Below, piece by piece: positions 55,643-64,000 of a stretch of DNA of 64,000 nucleotides (positions are counted from its first letter, which is position 1; each line of letters starts with the position of its first letter). The notes under the pieces were generated by a model. The model was not told where the DNA came from. It saw only the letters and a list, made by a program, of their open reading frames with translations, and ran no database searches. A program made the translations under genes and the position numbers. The stretch spans positions 71,243 to 135,242 of the IMG/VR virus record IMGVR_UViG_3300024255_000006. One strand, 5' to 3'. The DNA comes from a virus.

Positions 55643-57310
55643 ATGTCTGCTGACTGGTATAAAAAGCAGCCAAAGAACAGAAATTATCTATCACCATTAG
55701 GATTCAAGTTAAATCTTGAGTTGTTTGATGGTGTAGATTTTTTCTGTCAGGCTGCAAATATACCAGACTTGACTATGCCTGTTACAGAAGTCCCCACTAG
55801 GTTTCGCAGTGTTCCCATCATTCCTGGTGGCGGCGTAACCTTCGGGGACTTTACTGTAACTTTCATTATCGATGAAGACTTACAAAATTACGAATCTATT
55901 CAAAAATGGATTCGTTCTAATGGTAATGCAGATAGTAGTGAAGATGTTCCAGACCTACCAGAATATAGTAGAGGTGAATTAATTATTAGCACCTCTAATT
56001 ACAATGCAAATTTTTCTGTTAACTTTTCAGGTCTATTCCCGATTGCTTTATCTGGTGTACAATTTGATACTAGACTAGGAGATCAAGAATATCTTTCTGC
56101 TGATGTAACATTTAAATATCATACATTCTCAGTTACCAATCTACGAGAACCAACCTCATCATCTATTCCAGTTCCAAGTGTTACGTTATCAAATAACTCT
56201 TGGCCAGTTGTTGGTCCACTAGAACCAACAGAACAATTTAACTTGCAGTATACATCATCATATGCAACTACTCTTAATATTGATAGGGGCGTAGGTTCAG
56301 TTAGAGTTGATAAAGATTCGATTGTTATTACTGGTAGTGATGTAGATGAGTACAAAGTAAACGTAGATAATTACTTTGCAGAAGTAACTTTCACAATTAC
56401 AGCGGTAGGACCAAGTGGAACATCAACAGCAACAACAACTGTAAGATTTAAGAGACCACAAACAAGTGCAAACCGAGTTTGTATTGCAGTTATTGATGAA
56501 AACAATAATAACTCTCTATCAAGCATGGAAAGTAAGTGGTTGCAGTTTAAAAATAACTGGCCAGATAGAAGTTTCTTCCTACTACAACCAGGATCGTGTG
56601 CAAGTCCTCAAGTATTGAATGCTCCTTTAACTTTCATGGAGCAGACAGATCCAACGTCCATTATTAATCCATGTACATCTACATTGATTACAGCATACGA
56701 TTCAAACTATGGTCTGTACTTATCTACATCTCAAAGTACTGCAGAAACACCAGCATTTACTAATGGAACTGTAGAGACTACCATAGATAATATTAATAAG
56801 TATGGTGTCTTTAGAATGGGTCTCGAACAAGGATGTGGAGACATGTCTGATATCATTACCCTTCTTCAAAATGCAACAAACCTATCTAAAGTTCTAACCT
56901 ATTTAAATAATGGTGGAGTTCTCTGGATCAATGCAGAGTGGATATCTGGTGGATGCTCAAATCAATCTAACGTAAATACTATTCTTACATTATTAGGATC
57001 AAATATTCAGATGGATGGAGACCTCTCCACCTCAGGAAACATGAATAGATCTAATAATACTGATGTTATTAGTGCAGGATTCCCTGCTACGTTATACCAC
57101 AATGCTACTGGTAAATTTACTGGAGGAACTCCAATTTATCAGGTAACAGAATCAGGAACTACTCATGATACTTTTGTATATGAGGAACTTGGTAATGGTA
57201 TTCTAGTAGTAAGTGCTGATGTTAATACTTACCAAGATAACACATACGACGTTCAGACCAATATTCCACCATCAGAGTTGTATTCATCTCTGCGAAGTTT
57301 GGTAGCATAA
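55643..57310 (+). CDS. gp3: Tail-tube terminator gp3 fused to a ~385-aa C-terminal extension
   Basis: The first ~170 aa show NRNYLSP.GF...VDFFCQ.ANIP...F.IDEDL.NY..I..W...F..LFP..LS...F.....Y..A.VTFKY; position upstream of uvsY/uvsW fits. Confidence 0.85.
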   Translation: MSADWYKKQPKNRNYLSPLGFKLNLELFDGVDFFCQAANIPDLTMPVTEVPTRFRSVPIIPGGGVTFGDFTVTFIIDEDLQNYESIQKWIRSNGNADSSEDVPDLPEYSRGELIISTSNYNANFSVNFSGLFPIALSGVQFDTRLGDQEYLSADVTFKYHTFSVTNLREPTSSSIPVPSVTLSNNSWPVVGPLEPTEQFNLQYTSSYATTLNIDRGVGSVRVDKDSIVITGSDVDEYKVNVDNYFAEVTFTITAVGPSGTSTATTTVRFKRPQTSANRVCIAVIDENNNNSLSSMESKWLQFKNNWPDRSFFLLQPGSCASPQVLNAPLTFMEQTDPTSIINPCTSTLITAYDSNYGLYLSTSQSTAETPAFTNGTVETTIDNINKYGVFRMGLEQGCGDMSDIITLLQNATNLSKVLTYLNNGGVLWINAEWISGGCSNQSNVNTILTLLGSNIQMDGDLSTSGNMNRSNNTDVISAGFPATLYHNATGKFTGGTPIYQVTESGTTHDTFVYEELGNGILVVSADVNTYQDNTYDVQTNIPPSELYSSLRSLVA

Positions 57311-57316
57311 TAAATA
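57309..57316 (+). promoter_or_regulatory. Late promoter AATAAATA
   Basis: Consensus match 12 nt upstream of ORF 57329. Confidence 0.7.
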
Positions 57317-57328
57317 CAGGTAAAAACT

Positions 57329-58780
57329 ATGGCTGTTTTAGGAGCACTAACAGTAGGTTCAGGATTGGTAAATTTCTTAAGTCCAAACTACTCTCCCGTT
57401 TCAGGGAGGGCGAATTCTGTTGACTGGACATATGGTGGAGGTGGAAATTATATTCGCCCATGGACAAGTTATTCACAACGTATTGTAGAAGCAACTAATT
57501 CCCTAGGTCCTTTTGCAATGAGACTAGGTGGTAATATTACAGGAAGAATTCTTATAAGCACTCAGTCAGAAAGTCTTGGGCAACTTGGATACTGCGACCA
57601 ACCATGGTATACAGTAAATGATGGTAATACTGGACATCAATCTAAAGCAGAATGGTGGGGAAGTGTTGTTAAAACAGTAATACAAGTTAGAGATTTAAAT
57701 ACAGCGAATCATCCAATGATTCATGTCGAAGTTGCTGTATTTGATCCAACAGATCCAAACGAAAGATATAATCCTCCTACTTGGTGGGATAATTTTTCCT
57801 CAACTATGAATGGATTTATTCCAGATAATATTGGATGGTTGACTGGTAACCCATTTCCAACTCCTCCAAATGATACAGCAGGAACTCCTCCCGTATCAGA
57901 TATGGCAGCATCGGTTGCTAACTGGGCAGCAAATATGATTTCCAATTTTGCTGTGGATATTATAACTTCACATACAGTTTTTACAGGAGAAGTTTTATCT
58001 GATGCTGAACCATTTATTAAAAATGTAATGAATGGAATTGAAGCTGGACAGATGGGAGTTAATAATCATATTGATCACAATAGAACTCCTCCAGACAGTA
58101 ATGGAGATTTTACTGGTATTCCTGGAGAGACACCATTAAATCCAAAAGATTTAATATTAAGGAATGGTTTACAACAAGATTACGCCGCAAATTTAGGAGA
58201 TGGATCTGGATTGACCAATTCTTTTGGTGATGTTACGACACCAAACGGTATAGATTCTGGTAAGTTATCCATAGCAGTAGTTAATCAAGGATTAGATACA
58301 TCTAGAGATTGGTATGGTATTGCAAATGGTGGTAGAGGAACGACAGCATTTTATATTCATGGAAGAACCATTTATAATGATGGAAACTCAGGAGGGAATC
58401 CTGCTGCTGCAACAAACCCAACAATTGATAATGATGGAAACTTAAGAGTTTATGATACGTATGAATTTCAAAATAGTGGTTTAGATTGGGTAGCTAATAC
58501 TTTTGTAAGACCATTTAGTGATTCATACGCCAATGAATTGCAAGCTTGGTTTGATACATCTCCAGGATTTCATACCGCTCCATCATTGAGTGATGCAGGA
58601 GCAGTAAGAACGACAAATGAAGGGAATACTCCAGGAAATAGTAACATCAGTTCTTTACAAAATACATATACTGGAGTGGTAGTAACACCACATAATTTGC
58701 AAAGCGGAAATCCAACTTTATATAACGAACTAAGGACCCACGGTTTTTATGACCACGTAGACCCAGAACTACTACCATGA
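57329..58780 (+). CDS. Unknown late protein (483 aa, Gly/Asn/Thr-rich)
   Basis: Long ORF with its own late promoter and ATGA coupling; no motif recognised. Confidence 0.6.
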   Translation: MAVLGALTVGSGLVNFLSPNYSPVSGRANSVDWTYGGGGNYIRPWTSYSQRIVEATNSLGPFAMRLGGNITGRILISTQSESLGQLGYCDQPWYTVNDGNTGHQSKAEWWGSVVKTVIQVRDLNTANHPMIHVEVAVFDPTDPNERYNPPTWWDNFSSTMNGFIPDNIGWLTGNPFPTPPNDTAGTPPVSDMAASVANWAANMISNFAVDIITSHTVFTGEVLSDAEPFIKNVMNGIEAGQMGVNNHIDHNRTPPDSNGDFTGIPGETPLNPKDLILRNGLQQDYAANLGDGSGLTNSFGDVTTPNGIDSGKLSIAVVNQGLDTSRDWYGIANGGRGTTAFYIHGRTIYNDGNSGGNPAAATNPTIDNDGNLRVYDTYEFQNSGLDWVANTFVRPFSDSYANELQAWFDTSPGFHTAPSLSDAGAVRTTNEGNTPGNSNISSLQNTYTGVVVTPHNLQSGNPTLYNELRTHGFYDHVDPELLP

Positions 58781-60777
58781 CCTCAACTTTCCCCACTTCT
58801 CAGAATAAAGAAACTTTTAAAAATTATCTGAGAGAAAATAAAAATAAGTTTTCTTCTTCTATTGTAGGAGCTAGATTTCAAGATATATCTCCAATGCTTG
58901 CGGGATACCACAACAGTTTAACAGATAGCACAGACTTGGATCTTCTTCTGTTTAACTATGGAGATACTGTAGATATTTCAAACGCTGCACAGTTAATTTA
59001 CATTCCTGGATTAGCAAATGATGTAATTAATTTAACCAACGGATCTACAACTAAGGCAGTAAAAGTTACTAGCAATGGTGTAGAAGTTGATTCTTATAGT
59101 TACACACTAGGATATTCTTTCTCTATTGGAGATAGAGTATATACTCTATACGGTGTTGGGGGTGTACTTTTAAATGCTCAGTCTGGTCCAACATATACCG
59201 CTACTGTAAGTTCCGCATCAATTAATGAGGGATCTTCAGTAACAGTTACATTTGTTACTGCGAACACAGCAGACGCAACTTTCTACTACACACTCAATGG
59301 TCTTTCTGGAACGATAGAAGCAGCAGATTTTACTACTGTTACTTCTGGATCATTTACGACTGTAAACAATACTGCATCTGTAACATTAACAACTTCGGCA
59401 GACATTACAACTGAAGGAGTAGAAACTTTTGAAGTTGAAATTAGAACTGATAGTCTCACAGGAAATATTGTAGCGACAACTCCTACAATTACAATTAATG
59501 ATACTTCATTAACAGCAACGTATGCAGTTTCTCCAGATGTAACCAGTGTAAATGAAGGAGATACAGTTACTTTCACTGTAACAACAGCAAATGTTCCTGA
59601 TGGAACTACACTGTACTACTCAACTACAGGAACGGTAGAAGCAGCAGACTTTACTGGTACTACCCTAACTGGATCGTTTGTTATAAACACTAACACAGCA
59701 ACAATCACAAAAACGTTAGAGAATGATTTAACTCTTGATGCTACTGAAGGAGAAGAAAATTTTGCATTAGAAATTAGAACGGGATCAACCACTGGTACAG
59801 TCCAAGCAACTTCTTCTAGTATAACTATTGCTGATACATCGATAGCTTCATACACATCAACAATTTCCACTACACAAGCAGCAGAAGGAACGACGCTAAC
59901 AATTGATGTTACCACTGTCGGAATTCCTGATGGATACACTCTGTACTACTCAACTTCAGGAGCTGCTTCTACAACTACAGATATAAATTCTGTATCAGGA
60001 TCGTTTGTTGTAAATTCAAATGCAGGTACGTTTGATATTGATTTACTGCAAGATTACATTCCTGATGATGGTGAAACGTTTACAGTAAATATTAGAACTG
60101 CTTCTACATCTGGAGCAATTGTATCTACTCTAGGTCCAATTATTGTAGATGATACACCATTTACATTAACTACTACTCCAAGTGCGACAATAATTGATGA
60201 GTCAACATTTAATACCAATGAGACATTAACCATTGCAGTTGCTACTGCTAATGTTCCAGACGGAACAACTTTTACTGCTGAAGTTAGAAGCACTGGGGGT
60301 TCTGTTAATAGTGGCGATCTAAGCCCCCTCACAAGGTCCCTGACGATCGCTAACAACGCAGCTAGCTTTGATATCGCATTGACCAGAGACGCCCTCACAG
60401 AGGGTCTGGAGACCTTTGTGGTTGATATCAAAAAAGGTGGAGTTACTATCACATCAACACCTACAATTGCTATCACAGATAGATCTTACATTGGTTCCAG
60501 AATAGACGGAAAAACATTTGGTCCGATTCAGGTCAACCGAGATGGGGGAGTTGCGACAAACATCTCAGACTGGTATACTTTATGTAAACTTGACCAAATT
60601 CCCAACGGATCTAAGGTAGCAATTTTTATTGATAAATCTGGTAGCATGACGCAATCAACTATTCAAGCGTCATTAGACTATCTAACAACACAATTATCTA
60701 CTAGACAAATTACATTTATTGTAGTTACGAATTCCAATGAGGACTGGATCACACCATTTGATATTGACCTAAATTAA
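58777..60777 (+). CDS. Calx-beta/Ig-like repeat protein with C-terminal vWA-like domain
   Basis: Four S.NEG.TVT.TVTT.N.PDGT.LYY...D...GSF......E.GEE.F repeats; terminal IFIDKSGSM (DxSxS MIDAS motif). Confidence 0.75.
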   Translation: MTSTFPTSQNKETFKNYLRENKNKFSSSIVGARFQDISPMLAGYHNSLTDSTDLDLLLFNYGDTVDISNAAQLIYIPGLANDVINLTNGSTTKAVKVTSNGVEVDSYSYTLGYSFSIGDRVYTLYGVGGVLLNAQSGPTYTATVSSASINEGSSVTVTFVTANTADATFYYTLNGLSGTIEAADFTTVTSGSFTTVNNTASVTLTTSADITTEGVETFEVEIRTDSLTGNIVATTPTITINDTSLTATYAVSPDVTSVNEGDTVTFTVTTANVPDGTTLYYSTTGTVEAADFTGTTLTGSFVINTNTATITKTLENDLTLDATEGEENFALEIRTGSTTGTVQATSSSITIADTSIASYTSTISTTQAAEGTTLTIDVTTVGIPDGYTLYYSTSGAASTTTDINSVSGSFVVNSNAGTFDIDLLQDYIPDDGETFTVNIRTASTSGAIVSTLGPIIVDDTPFTLTTTPSATIIDESTFNTNETLTIAVATANVPDGTTFTAEVRSTGGSVNSGDLSPLTRSLTIANNAASFDIALTRDALTEGLETFVVDIKKGGVTITSTPTIAITDRSYIGSRIDGKTFGPIQVNRDGGVATNISDWYTLCKLDQIPNGSKVAIFIDKSGSMTQSTIQASLDYLTTQLSTRQITFIVVTNSNEDWITPFDIDLN

Positions 60778-60780
60778 TTC

Positions 60781-61257
60781 ATGAATTTTGACGCTCTTCG
60801 TACTCGGTTTGAAAAAATCCGTGCTGAATGGAATGAAGACTCTGCTGTAGATTTCCAATTTAAGAATAAGCAATATAGCACAGATCTCGGACAACTCGCT
60901 TTAGAGATCCCTTTCCAGCACAATAAATACTTAAACCACTACACTGATCTATCACAAATTAAAACCTCACTTGAGTTTGAAGTACGCAAACTTGTACGAG
61001 AAAAACGAGAATACTACGGTGGAGAAGCGGAAGCAAAGGTGTATGCACAGAAACCCTTTGGATCGTCTATCAAAACATCGGAAAAAATGAAAGTATATCT
61101 TGAGTCTGATGAAGACATCATTAACATGGAAGCAAAGATTAAGTATCTGGATCAGATGCTTTACTTCCTTGATAGCGTAATGAAGCAGGTCTCAAACCGA
61201 GGTTTCCAAGTGAACTCAGCAATCCAGTGGGAGAAATTTATCAACGGAAGTGATTAA
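60781..61257 (+). CDS. uvsY: Recombination mediator UvsY
   Basis: LEIPFQH.KYL; YY.GEA....Y..KPF; Y.ESDEDI; I.NRGFQ...AI.W.KF..G. Confidence 0.9.
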   Translation: MNFDALRTRFEKIRAEWNEDSAVDFQFKNKQYSTDLGQLALEIPFQHNKYLNHYTDLSQIKTSLEFEVRKLVREKREYYGGEAEAKVYAQKPFGSSIKTSEKMKVYLESDEDIINMEAKIKYLDQMLYFLDSVMKQVSNRGFQVNSAIQWEKFINGSD

Positions 61258-62711
61258 TGACCGACATTGTAATCAAAAAGAAAAATGAAGTTTACGTCAC
61301 TATAAAAGGTGCTCCTCATGTACATCATGAACTGTCTGATTACTTTTCATTTGAAGTTCCAGAAGCAAAGTTCTTAAAAAGAAATCCCAGATACAAATAC
61401 TGGGATGGAATGATCCGCTTGTATTCGCCTGGGACTGGTGAGTTATATGGTGGTCTTCTAGATCACTTACAAGAGTGGGCACATGAAAGAGCATACACAG
61501 TTGGATTTGAGACTAACGATTGGTATGGTGAAGTAGAAGATAGTAATGACTTTGTGTCCTATGAGGGAGTCAAAGTTTTTATGGATAAGATTACTTCAAT
61601 AAAACCTCGTGAGTATCAATACAAAGCAGTGTATGAGGCGCTGAAGAACAATCGCAAATTACTTCTTTCTCCTACGGGCAGTGGAAAGAGTCTGATGATC
61701 TATTCCCTCGTCAGATACTATACTGCTACCAACAAGAAAACGCTCATCATCGTTCCTACTACGTCCTTGGTAGAACAGATGGTCAATGACTTTAAGGAGT
61801 ACGGGTGGAATGCTGATGCTCATGTCCATAAAATTTATAGTGGTAAAGATAAGAATACTGATAAGGAAGTCATCATTTCAACTTGGCAGTCTATCTACAA
61901 GTTTCCAAAAAGATACTTTGATGGTATTGACTGTGTGATTGGTGATGAAGCACACTTGTTTAAGTCTAAGTCATTAACAGGCATTATGACGAAACTTCAT
62001 AATGCAAAATATAGATTTGGTTTTACTGGAACACTAGATGGTAGTAAAACTCACAAGTGGGTATTGGAAGGATTGTTTGGATCATGTAAGCAAGTTACCA
62101 AAACAGATGATTTAATTAAATCAGGATACTTATCTAAATTTAGGATCAAGGTATTGCTATGTAAACATAATCCAGAATACTTTGAAACATATCACGAAGA
62201 AATTGATTACTTGTGTGAACATCGTGGTAGAAACAATCTCATCAAAAACTTAGTAGCAGATATTGAAGGAAATACTCTAGTGCTTTTCAATTATATCGAG
62301 AAGCATGGGGAACCGTTGTATGATTTGATAAATAGTACAGTAGAAGAACAGAGAAAAGTATTCTTTGTTCATGGTGGTACTGACGTTGAAGATAGAGAAG
62401 AAGTAAGAAAATTAACTGAAGCAGAAAACAATGCTGTAATCATTGCTTCTTACGGAACATTCTCTACTGGTATCAATATTAAACGACTACACAATATTAT
62501 CTTTGCATCACCCAGTAAGTCTCGTGTTCGTAACTTACAGTCCATTGGTAGAGTTCTACGTAAAGGTGAAGATAAAGATCTAGCAACACTATATGATATT
62601 GCTGATGATATCAATGGTAGAAACTATACTCTTAAACATTTAAATGAAAGAGTAAACATATATCAATCAGAAAACTTTAAGTATGAAGTTATAAAGGTAA
62701 ACCTACGATAA
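61257..62711 (+). CDS. uvsW: SF2 helicase UvsW
   Basis: WDG.IRL; SPTGSGKSL; IGDEAH; GFTGT; SYGTFSTGINIK.LHN; QSIGRVLR. Confidence 0.97.
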   Translation: MTDIVIKKKNEVYVTIKGAPHVHHELSDYFSFEVPEAKFLKRNPRYKYWDGMIRLYSPGTGELYGGLLDHLQEWAHERAYTVGFETNDWYGEVEDSNDFVSYEGVKVFMDKITSIKPREYQYKAVYEALKNNRKLLLSPTGSGKSLMIYSLVRYYTATNKKTLIIVPTTSLVEQMVNDFKEYGWNADAHVHKIYSGKDKNTDKEVIISTWQSIYKFPKRYFDGIDCVIGDEAHLFKSKSLTGIMTKLHNAKYRFGFTGTLDGSKTHKWVLEGLFGSCKQVTKTDDLIKSGYLSKFRIKVLLCKHNPEYFETYHEEIDYLCEHRGRNNLIKNLVADIEGNTLVLFNYIEKHGEPLYDLINSTVEEQRKVFFVHGGTDVEDREEVRKLTEAENNAVIIASYGTFSTGINIKRLHNIIFASPSKSRVRNLQSIGRVLRKGEDKDLATLYDIADDINGRNYTLKHLNERVNIYQSENFKYEVIKVNLR

Positions 62712-62718
62712 AGAACGT

Positions 62719-63150
62719 ATGGAAGAAGAATTTATTGCAACTATTAAATTAGTATCTGGAGAAGAAATTGTAACAAGAGTTGCTTACTTACCTGAAGAAG
62801 AGTCATGTTTAATACATGAACCTATGGAAGTAGAATTAATAAGCAAAACAAAGAAGAATCATACTGTAGATGGTTTTACTTTAAAAGAATGGATTCATTC
62901 TACTTTTGAAGATATGTTTGTTTTACCAAAAAGACATATCATTACTATGACTGAATGTGATGAGAAAATAACTGAGTTTTATTTACGTTGTTTATCTCAA
63001 GATAAGAAAGCAAAGTCATTAACTAAGTTTCATGGTGAAGGTAAGAAAGGTGATCCAAGTAAGATCTTACCTGGGTACGTTGGATCAGTAGAACAATCAA
63101 GAGATCTTCTAGAAAAGATTTATAAGTCAGGTACAGGTACTAAAGAGTAG
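62719..63150 (+). CDS. Sm-like domain protein conserved between uvsW and gp55
   Basis: ATIKLVSGEEIV N-terminus; syntenic position. Confidence 0.7.
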   Translation: MEEEFIATIKLVSGEEIVTRVAYLPEEESCLIHEPMEVELISKTKKNHTVDGFTLKEWIHSTFEDMFVLPKRHIITMTECDEKITEFYLRCLSQDKKAKSLTKFHGEGKKGDPSKILPGYVGSVEQSRDLLEKIYKSGTGTKE

Positions 63151-63189
63151 CTAAGAGCTTTAATTACCTTTGAACCTCTCACAAGGTTA

Positions 63190-63218
63190 ATTGTACTGAG
63201 TTTCTGAGGTTTCGTCAA
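63190..63218 (-). promoter_or_regulatory. Sigma70-type promoter on the minus strand (TTGACG-N17-TACAAT)
   Basis: Plus strand reads ATTGTA (63190-95) ... CGTCAA (63213-18), giving a 17-nt spacer. Confidence 0.75.
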
Positions 63219-63242
63219 GCCCCCTACTGAACCTATTTACAT

Positions 63243-63271
63243 TTGCACACAGAACCTCTATGTGCTATACT
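63243..63271 (+). promoter_or_regulatory. Sigma70-type early promoter for gp55 (TTGCAC-N17-TATACT, extended -10 TG)
   Basis: -35 at 63243-48, TG at 63263-64, -10 at 63266-71, SD AGGA upstream of ATG63295. Confidence 0.8.
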
Positions 63272-63294
63272 CCTAACAGGAATCAAAGACAACA

Positions 63295-63789
63295 ATGGTC
63301 AAGCGTAAAAACACCGAATACTATGTAAACAACAAAGAACTCCTAGAAGCAATGACTTCCTATCGGGAGAGAGTGATTTACGCTAAAGAACATGAGAAAC
63401 CTAAACCAAGGGTTCCCAATTACATTGGTGAGTGTTTCTTGAAGATCGCTACTCATTTGTCTTACAAACCAAACTTTGTAAACTATCCATTCAGAGAAGA
63501 CATGATCTGTGATGGTATTGAGAACTGTCTCCAGTACATTGATAACTTTGATCCTGAGAAATCTTCTAATCCATTCGCTTACTTCACGCAGATTATTTAC
63601 TACGCATTCCTTCGTCGTATTCAGAAAGAGAAGAAGCAGTTAGAAATTAAGCAGAAGATTCTAGACCATTCCGATTCTGCTACAGTGATGCATGTTGATG
63701 ACCATGGTAACGGCATGTCTGGTATGAATGCCTCTAGGTCTGATATGAATAGCATCAAAGAAAATATTGAAATTAGAATGAACCGATGA
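63295..63789 (+). CDS. gp55: Late-transcription sigma factor gp55
   Basis: YYVNNKELL; YIGECFLKIA.HLSYKPNF.NY; DMI.DGIENC; NPFAYFTQI.YYAFLRRI.KEK. Confidence 0.98.
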   Translation: MVKRKNTEYYVNNKELLEAMTSYRERVIYAKEHEKPKPRVPNYIGECFLKIATHLSYKPNFVNYPFREDMICDGIENCLQYIDNFDPEKSSNPFAYFTQIIYYAFLRRIQKEKKQLEIKQKILDHSDSATVMHVDDHGNGMSGMNASRSDMNSIKENIEIRMNR

Positions 63790-64000
63790 ATTATGAATGG
63801 TATGAAACACCCTATGGAAAATTCCGTATTGAGAAGAGACGGTTTGGAACGTGGACTAGCTTTGGTGAGGATGGCGAGGGAATCGTCACAGGCGGTACGA
63901 GGGAATCTGTCATGGTCGGAACGCCATTCCACTTGGAAGGTGTCGCTACTAACTGGGCAAACTGTAAATACTCAGCACGATATGATGGGACAGTAAGCGG
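63786..64000 (+). CDS. Hypothetical protein, 3'-truncated (MNYEWYETPYGKFRIEKRRFGTW...)
   Basis: ATGA overlap with the gp55 stop; frame open to the window end. Confidence 0.65.
   Translation, partial: MNYEWYETPYGKFRIEKRRFGTWTSFGEDGEGIVTGGTRESVMVGTPFHLEGVATNWANCKYSARYDGTVS

Noticed and set aside
491-63932. Numerous 60-150-aa minus-strand ORFs in the track
   Set aside because: All lie antisense to strongly supported + strand genes, lack promoters, SD or motifs, and are expected shadows of codon bias
63793-63996. Track ORF MNGMKHPME...
   Set aside because: The frame starting at ATG63786, which is coupled to the gp55 stop and open to the window end, is the more plausible gene
1-64000. tRNA, rRNA or CRISPR arrays
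   Set aside because: No cloverleaf-like intergenic segment or regularly spaced repeat-spacer array was seen; intergenic gaps are short and explained by promoters and terminators

Overview
A 64-kb piece of a T4-like marine cyanomyovirus genome (Synechococcus/Prochlorococcus-type, Kyanoviridae-like). Essentially every real gene is on the + strand. Gene order: baseplate wedge (gp7-like, 5'-truncated; gp8 with a 1-nt frameshift), a 2716-aa DUF4815-type virion protein, small structural genes, two giant fibre/adhesin-like proteins (3396 and 3360 aa), neck/terminase gp13-gp16, an accessory island between gp16 and gp17, gp17-gp23, a small-ORF cluster, a C-terminally extended gp3 plus two adhesin-like genes, uvsY, uvsW, an Sm-like gene, late sigma gp55 and a truncated ORF. 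The gp16-gp17 island holds petE, a truncated gnd-like gene, an SNase nuclease and many microproteins. T4-type late promoters (NATAAATA/CTAAATA) and intrinsic terminators are frequent. Highlights: (1) nested phycobiliprotein-like repeats in the baseplate protein that retain both bilin-attachment-type cysteines; (2) two unannotated sub-50-aa ORFs resembling NdhP and NdhQ, the NDH-1L-specific subunits, next to plastocyanin; (3) a gp3 fusion with a neighbouring Calx-beta/vWA gene; (4) a near-consensus antisense sigma70 promoter back-to-back with the gp55 promoter. All homology calls come from motif recognition by eye and recalled reference sequences; no search was run.
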